Source: Selaginella moellendorffii (Eukaryota; Plantae; Lycopodiophyta). Taken from it: 64,000 bases of DNA. Positions 47,693 through 60,235 of this stretch are shown here, one piece after another; within the stretch, counting starts at the first letter, position 1, and every line of letters starts with the position of its first letter. A program made the position numbers and the translations under genes. The stretch lies in the NCBI RefSeq assembly GCF_000143415.4, contig NW_003314391.1, forward strand, positions 62,001-126,000, written 5' to 3'. Below the pieces are notes generated by a model. The model saw only the letters and a list, made by a program, of their open reading frames with translations, did not search any database and had not been told where the DNA came from.

Positions 47693-48121
47693 ATGGCATT
47701 TCGCGAGGTTTTCTTCCTGTGTATGCTGGTCTCGACCCTCTCCATCACCCAGGTAAGAAACTCTCATTCACTTGTCCCGCAAGAAGCTCACAATTTGGAT
47801 ATCTTACTCTTACAGGCTTGCCAGTTTTCTCGATCCTGCACTGATATCACCTTCGACAGGAATTCGACCGTGATGAGAGCCATTTGTAGCACATCCAATT
47901 TGGAAAGGAGGAACGCCTCCATCGATGTGAACAATTGCGTGGGCAGCAGCAATGGTGTCCTCGACTGCTCATCCAACTTTGCCTCACGATGCATCAACAT
48001 CAGCTTCAATGGGCTCAACGTGGCTGCCCGTTGCAACCGCGGGGATGGCGTTCTCGTCTCTTCCACTCGCAACCTCGACGATTGCATCCAGAACGTCGAG
48101 GGAGTTCTCCAGTGCTGCTAG
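47693..48121 (+). CDS. Secreted CVNH lectin, copy B; exons 47693-47752, 47816-48121
   Basis: As copy A, but retains a TATATAAA box at 47602-47609 and a pyrimidine-rich leader. Confidence 0.9.
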   Translation: MAFREVFFLCMLVSTLSITQVRNSHSLVPQEAHNLDILLLQACQFSRSCTDITFDRNSTVMRAICSTSNLERRNASIDVNNCVGSSNGVLDCSSNFASRCINISFNGLNVAARCNRGDGVLVSSTRNLDDCIQNVEGVLQCC

Positions 48122-48406
48122 ATCCTTTTGGATGATCAAATTATATCCATATGATGAAAGATGAATAACTGAGTGATCTCCCACATGATCTCTCCTTGTT
48201 TGGCACGTATGTGTCGCTGTTCTAATCAAATAAAACTTACTCACGGAAGTTGTGGGGCTTTTAAGACAGACTTACTTGTACAACTTTTTTTCAATTTGTA
48301 TAATGAAAATACTACAAAGACAAATCGATTTATATTAAAGGTATATTATTTCTAATAAATGACAATTTTAAAGTCTATGGTCCCTCCTTATTAATGTGCC
48401 GTTTCA

Positions 48407-48836
48407 TCAAGGATTAAAATCATAAATGTAGTCGACATGGGCTTGCTGCTCCTGATCACCAAAGATGATTGACAACACACGATCATACATGTCAAGAATA
48501 TTGTCTTCAAATACAGGATTATTTTACCTCTGGTTCGGCAATTTTTGGGGTGGAATTGGACAATGGCGACCAATCCAGCAGATTAGCAATCGTAAAAAAG
48601 ACAAAAAGATTAAATCACGTACGAATCAGGTTACACGCTTGGACAGACACACATGCAAGCGAGTGCAGACATGGACCATGATGTTTCAAAAGAAACACAG
48701 AGATCATCAAATCCAATCGACGCATATTCAATCGAGATTGAAGAACAGGCGTACCTGTTTCATTCTTCACTGGCCGAGAGGTCACAGTAGCAGCCACCAA
48801 GAGGACGAAAAAGAAAAAACTTAGTGTGCGAGACAT
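48407..48836 (-). pseudogene. Phytosulfokine-like precursor, copy B; exon-2 acceptor deleted
   Basis: A ~12-bp deletion at ~48591 removes the AG acceptor and the first codons of exon 2. Confidence 0.65.
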
Positions 48837-49099
48837 GATCTAGAGTTCCTCTTGCAAAGAAAATATATCAAAGAGAGACCGATGATATGATCAGCGTTTG
48901 TGTTGATATCGTATATATGCTGCCGAGAAAAGGTCAAGCACTGAAGAACCGCCACGTCGACATGCAAAGCGGCAGTTTTGACTGGATGGCTGGAAACCAG
49001 ACTTCCAGTTAGCTTTTCCCTCTCCAATTTTACTGGAATTCACTCGCGATAATTCTTTTCATATGCTAATGTTTATTAACTTCTGCACTTTCAAAATTC

Positions 49100-50175
49100 T
49101 AGAAGCGTTGCCATCAAAATGGCTAGAGCTCCCAAGATCCTGGAGGGACTTCCACTGTTTCCACCCGATCTTTCGTCAGCTTGGAAAGCAGGATAGTTCC
49201 GGCACTCCAGTGATTTCACAATGTCTCCAAGGTGACTATCACCATACACATCTTGGTTGCGGTACCAGTTCTTCACCTAAAGAGAAAAAGAGCAAAATCA
49301 AGAGGTTGAGCTCTCGGGGTTACCTCCAATAGGCCGTGACCAAAGCTTCCATCTCGCAGCGTGCTCCATTCCGGCTGCCTGTCCCAGCAGAATTGATTCG
49401 CCGCTGGCCCAGAGCCGAAGTTTTGAGCACAAACTCCACCGGATTGGGGGACGTTGTCCTCAGGCTTGGGGCACTTCCCCGGATCGTCAGCGTGCTCCGT
49501 GTCCACTCTCGTTCTATTGCCGCCATCTCCCACCATGATGTAGAGCGCGGGTCCAGCTCGTAAGTGTAACTCTGTTCATCCTCTCATAGGCATGGACCTG
49601 GAAGAACACCAAGGATTCCTGTCGAGATCGAGAAGAGAGAGGGATTTACATGGCCATTGGACAATGTCGACGCCGGCATTGTAGAGAAGCTCCTCCATTT
49701 CGAGACGCATGCACTCGACCTCGCGGTAGTGGGAGCTGTAGCTATTGTACCACGGCGGATGCCACGATCCAGGGCGTGAGGAGCCTGTTGACGCGATCCT
49801 CCCAGCATCAGGAAGTGGATGCCGCCGACATCGAACGAGTACTAAAGGCTGGAACCTGGCCTTGTATGTTTTGCCCGGGGCTCGATCTCGTGGTTGGCAC
49901 CTCCTCCATGAATCTGGGAGCAAGGAAATCAGGGATTGGATTGCGGATTTATAGTCTTGCTCTCTCTCACCTCCCCTGGGGATGATAAGTCTCCCGGATT
50001 GGCGCGTCTGGAAATGCACAGCTAAAGCAGGGCGATCCAGTGCCATTGGTGATGTATTGATCCGAGTATGTGAGATCGCCCACCATGAGGAGGAGCGAGG
50101 GATCGTTTCGGATGACGTGATCGACCGTGGCGCTCGAGTTGTAAGTGAGTCCCAGATCGTACCAGCTCAAGATCT
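49100..50175 (-). pseudogene. Purple acid phosphatase pseudogene, copy B
   Basis: DLGLTYNSSATVDH and WHPPWYNSYSSHYREVEC. Confidence 0.85.
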
Positions 50176-50856
50176 CCCTCCTCACCTGGAACAGCACAAA
50201 CAAGGAATGTCAAGCTCTCTCGCTCGAGCTCTGGAAGAGTTACCTCGTCTGCACTGCTCCGGCTCTCAAACTCTTGAATGTAAGTTGGAGAGCCCTTCGA
50301 ACAGCACAGTGCCTGATTGCCCGACTTGGGCGATGCATTTGATGACCGAGCCGCAAAAACTTCCCTCCTCCTCGTCTTGTTGGTCATCGAGATCTCGCCT
50401 CCTAGAGCAGCAGCAGCAGTAGTAGCAGCCATGGCTTCCATCCCAGCAACTAAGTGGCTGATTTCTCGATGCCACAAAAGGAAGCTTTAAAATAATCCTC
50501 CTCGAAGAAAGAAGAAACTCGTCACCTCACTGGAGGTGTCGCTTGATCTTCATCATGTCCCAGTCCTTCTCTGCGAGAGCTCCAAGCATGAGGATGGACT
50601 GCGCGCCGGCTCGAGCTCGCCCACCATCTCCGCGGCGCGCTCCGCCCGCTCCACGTCGCCATGTATCCGGCACCCGCTCAGCAACGTCATCCAGCCCGTG
50701 ACGCACTGCTCGAACGGCATCGTCTCCACGAGCTCCTCGGCGTCCTGGAGCCAGCCGCAGCGTCCCCAGCCAGCAGATCCACCAGGCACATATAATGCTC
50801 CCACAGCAACTCCACCTCGCTTTCGCAAACAACACGCAATATTGTATTATGAACTT

Positions 50857-52200
50857 TGCTCCATAACAACAGATTCGACCATCTGTGGGCGTAGCCGTCT
50901 TGAATAACCATGCGAGTGCTTCTGAGGCTTTGTTCACAGCGGTAGCTCAAGTGTGCAATAAATTGGTATCGGTCACATTTGACAATGGCTTCTAGCGTGA
51001 TCTTATTTCTGCCGATGTTGTGCCACGCTTACGTTTGAAGCTGCTACCACACCCTCAACCGTACGAGGTCAAATGGTTGCAGAAGAGCCATGTTCTTCGA
51101 GTCACACAACAGTCCCGTGTTTGGTTTTCAATCAACAGTTCTCCGATGAAGCGCTTCTGGATGGACGTCGCGGGAATCATCCTCAGCAAACCATATCAAT
51201 GGATGAGGCGACCTCAGTACGACGCATTTGCAAATACATACTTTTTGAGGAAGGACGATAAGAGGTGGCTACTGCGGGCGTCGTCACCTACAAACAAAAC
51301 TCCACAATCGTTATTGATTTCTGCAAAAGAACCGGTCGTTAACATCGGAGAATGGTGGCATTGCTTTTGTGGCGTATCTCAGAGAATGAAGCGAAAGTTC
51401 TGAACACGTTCAAACTGCTGCACATGGATTATCAGCTGTTGATCGTCAGCGTATCCAGGCAGTCGTTAATCGCTTTCGAGATGTTTTACCTGAGGAACTT
51501 CCATTCGTGCTATCGATCTGAACAAGATTGAGTTTGTTCCTGGAGCGAGACTTCCAAATCATCGACCTTACAGAATGTCGCAAACAGAAGCGACTGAGAT
51601 GATATGACAGGTACGAGAGTTGCTGAGTCCCAAAGGTTTGATTCAGCGCAGTGTTTCACCCTGCTCAAGTCCGCTGTTATTTGTTCCAAAGCCCGACGTT
51701 CTTTGAGGATGTGCAATGATTTTCGTCTCATCAATGATATATTGATCCGCAAGTGCCATCCTATTCCGACCTCTTCGACCTCTTCGATCTTGCTGCGGGC
51801 GCTTCTGTGTTCAACAAATTGGATCTCCGTAGTGGATATCATCAAGTGTGCATTGCTCAAAACAATACTGGGAAGACTGCATTCTCAACACCTGAAGGCC
51901 TGTGTGAGTGGTTAGTCATGCCTTTTGGTTTGTGCAACGCACCTGCGACATTTGTGAGGATGATGAACGATGTATTTCGCAACGAGATTGGTAAGTTCGT
52001 CGCCATTTACTTCGACGATATTTGGTATATAGCAAGTTTGTGGAGGAGCATTTTCGTCATCTGGAGACTGTTCTCGACAAGCTTCGGAATGAAACATTAT
52101 TTCTACATCCTAAGAAAAGCGACTTTGGGCTGTCGGAGGTAACTTGGGATTTAGACTTGCTGCAACAGGAACCACAGTTGATCCGGATAAAGTTCACGCA
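50857..52200 (+). mobile_element. Gypsy protease-RT remnant, copy B
   Basis: LDLRSGYHQ, MPFGLCNAPATF, YFDDI. Confidence 0.85.
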
Positions 52201-55200
52201 GTGTTGAGATGCTCCAATCTCCATGAGTTGCGCAGTTTCTTGTGCAGTTTCTTGTATCGCGATGCTTTTGCAAACTATTACAAAAAACTGTGATTAATTT
52301 GTTTACTAAAAAACCTTGCAAAGCTTACCTTGCGGCCTTTGCCAGAATTTCAATGTACAAAGTTTGCTGATGATCATGAGAGTCGGATGTCCGCGATAAG
52401 TCAGCTCCTGAACCTCCTTTCTTATCAGAGAAGAATCGAGGCAGCTGAATCTGGCTCCGGAAGGGCTTTCGGCTCTGGAGTGGTAAATGCAATTCTGCTG
52501 CTGAGTCAAGATCGATCATCGATCTTTGTTTGGCTTTGGTGCAGGATTTGACCGCCGTGCAGGAAGTTTCAAAGGGGATGTGAAGGATGAATCTGCCGAT
52601 CCGGTGATTCAGATGGAGAAGTGATCACAGCCGATCATCGGGGCCATCAACGGGCTGGAAATCACCGTAAGAGGCTCATGCAGATGGTCACTTCCTGAAA
52701 AAGATATGCATCTGGAGGGTTAAATTGTGCCGGTTCGTGCAGCTCTTCTAGCAATTTAGTGTGGACGATTGGATCGACGTAAAGGTGTATGGTAACAATG
52801 ATGCAGTTCCCAGCTCGACGTCCCAGGACGGCGAGAGGATCAACTAGCTCTCTTTATGAGGAGATGGCGAAGGTAACGTTAACGTATTAGCTTCTTTGCA
52901 AAGACTTTCAATTGGTGTTTTACTCTTTGATGGCATTTGTAGGAATTGTCCAGACAAAGCATCGAGATCAACTGTGGAATGTGTGGGCGTCGTCCGACGA
53001 GAATAGAGTACGAGATCGAGGTCGCGTCCTGCATTTGTTGGAGGACTGTGGGTAAGATGTGGAACGGAAATTGATGCGCTTGGTCTGAAGTTTCTGAACC
53101 TCTTCTCAAATCAGAACTTAAATATCTATGTACGGTACCCGACGTTGGATTTCGGTTGACAAGTACGAAGTCCTACATAAACCCAAGCCAAACAAACTGG
53201 AAGAAGTACGAGGGTAGCGTTTCGACTGCTTTCCAATTCTACGTGAAAGCAACGATTCAGGCAGGAATTCCAAAGGTGGCGGATGTTAGCAGGGAGTATG
53301 GATGTGTATGAGATAGTATTGAGAAGTCATGAAATTAACTGCGCCTGCCAGGACCCTAAACTTCAGTCCTGGTTTTGCTTGTCTGATCTTTCTCTTCTTT
53401 CTAATGTGGACACCTCAGATGCAGGAAACATCCGAAGGTAGATCAAAGGCGGCCAAATGAAATCTCTGCTGGTCAGGTGATGCCTTGGGAGTTTCTGCGT
53501 CCAGAGAGCAGCACCGCACGACTGATGTGGCAACCCTGCTCACTGTCCAATTGTTGAAGAGGAGGATGTTGAGACAGACCAGCTCTATTCGGTAAAGATT
53601 GGCAACGTCCAGTTTCCTTGAAAGTTGACGACCGGGAGCGATGTGCGATCCAGTCAACTTCAAAAAAGTCATGGGGTGTGAACTACAACGACAAACGTGA
53701 ACATGGACGGTAAAGTTATTTGCTTTATGGAGTTGTATTCTTAACTCCTTATACCAGACTGCCAAAGGTAGAGAGCCAGGGAAGTGCAAAGACATCAGTG
53801 CAAACGAAATTCCCAGCACTGACTCACAGAGAAGCTGGCAGCATCTTCAGATGACTCAGTAGTGATTGTGAATGAAGAAACAGATGGATTGGAACAAGTT
53901 CAGATGACCACCCGTGATCAACTGATGGCCGTGGAAGAGCATGTGAGTGGACACCGGCTGCCAGGGATGACTTAGAGGATTCAGGACTGAATCTTCAATG
54001 CAATGGTCATCTCCATGCACGTTCAGGTAGAAACTCATCTGCAACATTGACTAGTCACTTTGGCTGATCATGGCAAAGAAGTTACAGGCCATGGTGTGGG
54101 ACATGCAAGAGCAGGGAGTGGGCTGCAAAAGATGGTGGCTGGAAAGACACAAGCTCCTGTTGCAAAGCAGGACTGCTCGCGATCAAAGAGACGAGGTAAT
54201 TTTGTTATTTGGCCTGGAAGGACATAATGCTTAATGAAAGCCAGCACTAATGCTGTGTATGCTTCCACAGTCATATTTTCAGCCTCACGTTGGCCCTTCT
54301 TCGTTCCTTCTTTTTCGTTGGTCTTCTTCTACTTCAGTCTGGGCATAGTCCAGCAGTTAGATGATGATATGTGTAAACGCATCAAGACAGGCATACCTCA
54401 GCTATGAATCCTTCCCTTGCTTCGGCAGCTTCCCCCCAACCCTTCTTGCTTAAAAAGAGTGAACACAACAAAGATATCATGCCTCTCCCTTGTCCTGACG
54501 CATTATTGTCTTTATTCGATATGTCAGCAGGAATTGTCACGTCCAATGATGCAAGTTGGTTTTCAGTCATGAACCCCATGACTGGCGCCTTGAAGCGGTT
54601 GCCCAAGACGGTTGCAGGGGAAGTTTTTGCTGTTCTGCGGCTCCTGCAACTTAGTCGTGTTGGGCTATGTGTCGGTGTCTCTTTGGGTGTCCGACGAGGA
54701 TGGCAGGTGCCCCACGAACCAGAACCACCACGAATTACCGGGTGTTTTTTCAGGTGGACGTGCAATACGCGCCTCCTGTTGCGACTCAGTGAGTTTGGGC
54801 TCCACAATCAGGGGCTACAGCCGGGCAAGGGACGCATGGGCGTTTTGGCATTTCAAGTCGTTGCCCCCACTGCCGGCGGAAGGAGGTTCGGATGATGCCG
54901 GATCGGTGTATGGCAGGCTGGACCCGTTCATGTACCGGTCCAAGCTGATGGCAGCAGGCATTGTGGTTGTGGGAAAACACGCTGGTGGTGTGCCCTTCGC
55001 AAGGCCTTGCTTCGCTCCAAAGTGGATGGTCATCGTGGAGGCGGCCGATGAAGAAGCTGATGAGCAGCGGCTGGAGTGGACGATTGTGTCCAGCATCGAT
55101 GTGAGAGGCTTGTGCAGGAACGTGGAGCCCCATCACCTGCTTCCTTGCAAACGGGCTAACAACATGCTCTTTCTCCACTTGTTGGACCGACCGGTGGCCT

Positions 55201-57673
55201 TCAATCTGGACACTCGTGCTTGGCATTTGCACGTCCCTCGTTGGAACGTGAACCGAGAAGAGTCCGTATGGAACGTTGCCTACGTTCCCAGTTTAACTGC
55301 TCCGCCTGACAACGACGGCCGAGTAGAGAGTTCGCCGCAAACTGGAACCTGGCCGCCTGGATGCTTTCTGGATATGCCCGGAATGGGCATCTGGACAGAG
55401 CCAAGGAGATGTTTCGTTTCGAATTGCCGGTGAGGGATCTGGTTTCGTGGAATGTCATGCTTTCCGCGTAGAACACCAGGATGATGAATTGCGTGGAGGA
55501 GGAGAGGGCGGTGTTCGAGGAATCCCCGCAGCGGGATCTGGTGTCGTGGAACTCGATGCTGATGTTGTATGCCCGGAACGGTCACGCAGACGAGGCTAGT
55601 CAGATTTTCGGTGTGATGCCTCAGCGGGACGTATTTCGTGTGTTCTGCTTCTGTAGAGATCTCAAAGGATCGGAGGAAATGATGCCCGAGTGGAGCTCTG
55701 TGTCGTGGACGGCGATGCTGGCCACTTATGTCCAAGTCGGAGATATGACTCAAGCATCGGCATTTCAGCTGCAGATGACCCGGAAAGCCATTGCTTCTTG
55801 GAACACAATGCTGGCTGGGTATGCCCAGAACGGGTATCCCAGGCACGCCATGGAAACCTTTAGCAAGTTGCCGGACGAGACATGTTTTCTGTTTTCTTTG
55901 GCCGGATCGGTCTTGCTTTGTGAGTCTGAAAGTCAAATTTTGATGCCTCTTGCCCTAAGTTAATATTGATAAACTATACGATTTTAAAGCGTATTTTAGT
56001 ACAAGTCAGCTAAACTAAACTAAAACAAAAAAATTATGCCAGGATTCGAACCTGGGGATAGGTTTACCTAATTATTTGGAGATTATTCCAAGTATAGAAC
56101 CGTAAAACCTATTAAGTAGGCCCTAGCCTGGCTATGGCGGTGCATTTGTATTCGCGGCGTCGATCGATCATCCAGGTGAGTTGAGGAATTAGTGAGCAGT
56201 CTTCAACTATGGATCAACAATCAAGAATGTCTCCTCTCATTCTGGTGGAGACGAGTGCGGCCCAAGGCACTGAATGCGCTCACCAAGTCGATGCTAGAAG
56301 GTGCGGCAGGATTTTTCCTGTTGCAGGTACGGCCGGAAAAATCCTGCCGCCATTTTGGTGCGACCAAAAACGTAAATGTTTTTTAAGTAACATTCAGGAC
56401 AATTTGAGCTTGTTTTGAAATCGATTTTTAGAAAAATGTATTTTCAGAATTTGTCGAAGATTTTCTGAAAGTTCTCGACTATTACGCAAGAACGTTGTAA
56501 GGGTTGAGAATGCCTTTAGGATCCAAGAGCTTCTTCATGTTCTTCATCAATTGCACTTAGTAAGGGAAAGCTTATCAGAAAAAAACCAAGGAAGTGCTGA
56601 TTATTTACGGATTTAGGGCTTCTGCTGTGAGCTTTTGTCTGCACCAAACGCTGCCTTTGTGATCTCGATGAGGAGATAGAACAGTTCATTTAGGCAATGG
56701 ATGACAATACTGATCTATTATGAGTGACTGAAGATCAACTAATAACAAAAAACTAAAGAACGGAAGAAGGTTTACCTCATCAAAAGCAAAGGGTTGAGTT
56801 CATGGCACCGAGATTCAGTATAATCTGCTTGATTATATATCAAATTGCAACATTCTTGGAAAATTAAAAGATATCCAATTACCTCATCAAACGTCCAGTG
56901 TGACCAACTTGAGAAACCTGATTTACTACTGTAGCAAATTTCCGAAACCTTCATCCACAATTTACAAACTAAATCTAGTTCACACCTGATTCGTGGTATG
57001 TGGACGAAGCAGTAGGCGACTAGAACCCTTAGACTTGCGCATCTAGTCGGTGTCCAGTTCATCCTGATCACAACCTTGTATGATTGAACAGAAAAGGAAC
57101 TCGCATTTATGAGCTCTCACTCAATCCACCTTGAACTGTACCAAAAACGAAGAAAAATGATCAGAAAAGAACCGGACGAATCCAACGATTATCGGATACG
57201 TACCAATTCATTGCAGAAGCCTTCCAGCCGGATTTTCACTGAAGAACTCTAAAGTAGAAGACATTTTATATAATTTTTAAAAATAATTGCACGTTGTTTG
57301 AGGGATATTCTTCCTGCTTGAACCGATCACGCCCGCTTACTGAGACTCCAGTGGGTCATTCAGCTCGTGAATTTTTTGCTTCTTTTTGTCAAAATTCAAA
57401 TTTGACTTTACTAGAGTAGTCGTTTGCGTTTGGGAAGTAATCTCTAAACCTGCATTGCTTGGACCTCGGACTCTGTCGAATCTTCGCTCCCATACATTCG
57501 AACAAGCAGATTACATGGTGTTTTCGCTGAGGCGAAAAGCATCAGAAATTGCGGGCAAATTCCTGTTCCTTTGGAAGGAAATAAATATTATAGTATTTAT
57601 TAGATATATTTAATATTCAATATATTTAATATATATTCAAAATATATCACAATACATAGCATATATATGGTAT

Positions 57674-60235
57674 TTATGCTGATGCCAAGAGCATGGTGTT
57701 ACGCTCGGCCTCAAAGTTGGGTGCCACAGCCTGGTTATAAATCTTGACACCTTTCAAGGAACCTGTGAAGAAGGAATTGCCCGAGCGAGAATCCCAACCC
57801 AGAAACACCGGGATAGATGCATCCAAGCTCCTCACCACAGTGCCACTTTTAGAAGCTGACAGCTCGCCATCAATGTAGATCTGCCCCACACCGTTATCAC
57901 GCACGGCCACAATGTGGTGCCACTCGCCGTCGTTGATGGCAGAAGACGCAGAGAAGTCGAACTGAGTCGCAGAATTCCCATACACAAAGAAGTGAGGCTT
58001 GCCATGGACCAAGTAGAGCAAGTATTCGCCATTGAAACCGTTTGTTGTGCTGCTTTGCGGGCTCCTTTGCTGGATGATGATCGCTCGTGAAATTTTACCA
58101 GCACTTGGGGGCACCTTCACCCACGCATGGATGGAGAAGGATGTCTTGCCAGACAGAGAGGGTTTTGTTCCTAGCGCCACCTTGCCAGCGCCGTCGAAGG
58201 TAAGTCCGCCGTCGGGATTCCACGTCGTTGATCCCTCGATGCTCCCGGTTGCTCCGTTCCAGGACGAATCCTTTGCAGAGACTCCACTCTTGTCATCCAG
58301 CTTCCACCATGCCACGAGAGCTTCTGGCCAGGTGCTGAGATACCTGATCTCTTCCTGTTCTAGAGCTCGGCTGTAGATCTTTGCCCCCATCAAGGAACCC
58401 GTGAGGAATGAGGTGTTGTCGCGCGCATCAGCACCCATGAACACGGGGATAGTTACATCCAAATACTTGATGTCGCCGCTTGCAGAGGCCGATAGCTTGC
58501 CATCAATGTAGATCTGGCCCTCGGCCTGATCACGAACGGCTACGATGTGGTGCCATCCACCGTCGTTGATGGCAGCTGAGGCAGAGAATCTGAATTGATC
58601 TCCGGAGTCCGAACACACCCAGAACCGGGGCTTGCCTTCAAACAGACTGAGCTGATATCCTCCGTCGGAGCCACTTGTGATGCTGCTCGGTGGACTCCTT
58701 TGCTGGATGATGACTTGTTCTGAAGTACTGGTAACATATATCCACAAGGCGATGGAGAAGGATGTCTTGCCTCTGATGGAGGGACTTGCACCGAGTGACA
58801 CCGTCCCTGCACCTCCAAAGGAAAGCCCATTGCCGTTGTTCCAGGATCCTCCTTTGAGTTCCCCATTCGCTGCATGCCCAGACGAATCTTGCACTTTGGA
58901 GCCGCTCGTCTCATCCATCTTCCACCAGCCCAGGAGAGAAGCGGGACGGAGGGTTACATATCCTGTGGAGCTTCTCAAGAGGGAATTCTGGATAGTGTAC
59001 TTGAGATGGTCGAGGAACAATCCTGCTGCCAAAGACGGCGTGTAAGTAATCTGGTTCCTGCTAGAGTTTGAGATGCTAGTGGCACTGCCCAAAGCCGAAG
59101 GAGACTGGACCAAGGCGATCGTGAGTGATTTGACGTCGGCATCCAGATCGTTGGCCAGAACGTCCAGGCTCTTGAAGCAAGAGCAACAGGTGCAATTCTG
59201 CGGGATGTCGATCGCATCCATATTCGCACGGGGTGGACGGGCAACCGTAATGTTGCTTGCAAGGCGAGGAACACCAGACTTGTAGCGCAGGATCTTGGCA
59301 AGCTCGGAAGACGAGAAACGGGAGAGCTGGTTGTCGGACATGATAGTCGGTCCCTCGGGCCGTCCACCACCTTCGTAGTGGCTAGATCCCCAGTTGTGAC
59401 CAGCCTCGTGCCGCCAGATGACCGTGAAATCTCCGTTTGCAGTAGCGCTGATGGCCGAGTATCCCACCGGCTTAGCCGCCGTTGCTACCCATGCCAGGCC
59501 TCCGTTAGCCCGAGGATGGGCAACCAAGCAGAGCTTGTGAGTGTTCCCTACCACGGAAGCAATGGCACCTCTCCATTGTTTCTCCACCCTGTCGAGCAAG
59601 ACTCCGGTCTTGGGGTTTTCATATGGATCTTGGGACTGACTTGCACGGATCACCACTTTCCCAATCGTGTGAAGAATGGAAGCATCTCGGAGGAAGGGCA
59701 TATTCGCAGACAGGATGGAGAACTCTGCCATGTTCACTGTGTTCTCGACGCTGGAACCTGTTGAAAGGTAGTACAAGTAAGTAGCATCCACTCCGACTTC
59801 CGCTACGAAGAGTACAGCGTCGGATTTAGAAGCAGGAACGAGGCTGGTTGGCCACTGGGGATTCGAGTTCCAACCCGTGGTTCCCCTCACCGAGGCCTCG
59901 CCTCCGGTGCTGCTCCACTCCACCCCGTTCTCGAAGCTGATTCGACAAAGCAGAGTTCCGTTGACGTTGAGCAAGGCCGTGGCCATGGCACCGGGGTGGT
60001 CTCTTACTGAACCCAGGTACGTACGAGAAGGTGGGATGTTGTCGTATGAGAGAAAGCTGCCAGTGTCATTCTGCACTAGCACGCCAAAGTTGGGACTGCG
60101 GATTGAGAAGGGCTTCAAGTCCACCGTCACTTTGTCCCCGCCACTGCTGATGGTTCGAACCAGATCATCCTGCTGCTCGGCGCTTCTTGCGACTAGGAAG
60201 AGCAGAAGAAGAGTGATGAGAACAAGGCGAAACAT
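57674..60235 (-). CDS. Secreted metzincin-cadherin-like-2xLamG protein, copy B, 853 aa
   Basis: Same length as copy A, 12 amino-acid differences, zinc motif intact. Confidence 0.9.
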   Translation of the reverse strand: MFRLVLITLLLLFLVARSAEQQDDLVRTISSGGDKVTVDLKPFSIRSPNFGVLVQNDTGSFLSYDNIPPSRTYLGSVRDHPGAMATALLNVNGTLLCRISFENGVEWSSTGGEASVRGTTGWNSNPQWPTSLVPASKSDAVLFVAEVGVDATYLYYLSTGSSVENTVNMAEFSILSANMPFLRDASILHTIGKVVIRASQSQDPYENPKTGVLLDRVEKQWRGAIASVVGNTHKLCLVAHPRANGGLAWVATAAKPVGYSAISATANGDFTVIWRHEAGHNWGSSHYEGGGRPEGPTIMSDNQLSRFSSSELAKILRYKSGVPRLASNITVARPPRANMDAIDIPQNCTCCSCFKSLDVLANDLDADVKSLTIALVQSPSALGSATSISNSSRNQITYTPSLAAGLFLDHLKYTIQNSLLRSSTGYVTLRPASLLGWWKMDETSGSKVQDSSGHAANGELKGGSWNNGNGLSFGGAGTVSLGASPSIRGKTSFSIALWIYVTSTSEQVIIQQRSPPSSITSGSDGGYQLSLFEGKPRFWVCSDSGDQFRFSASAAINDGGWHHIVAVRDQAEGQIYIDGKLSASASGDIKYLDVTIPVFMGADARDNTSFLTGSLMGAKIYSRALEQEEIRYLSTWPEALVAWWKLDDKSGVSAKDSSWNGATGSIEGSTTWNPDGGLTFDGAGKVALGTKPSLSGKTSFSIHAWVKVPPSAGKISRAIIIQQRSPQSSTTNGFNGEYLLYLVHGKPHFFVYGNSATQFDFSASSAINDGEWHHIVAVRDNGVGQIYIDGELSASKSGTVVRSLDASIPVFLGWDSRSGNSFFTGSLKGVKIYNQAVAPNFEAERNTMLLASA

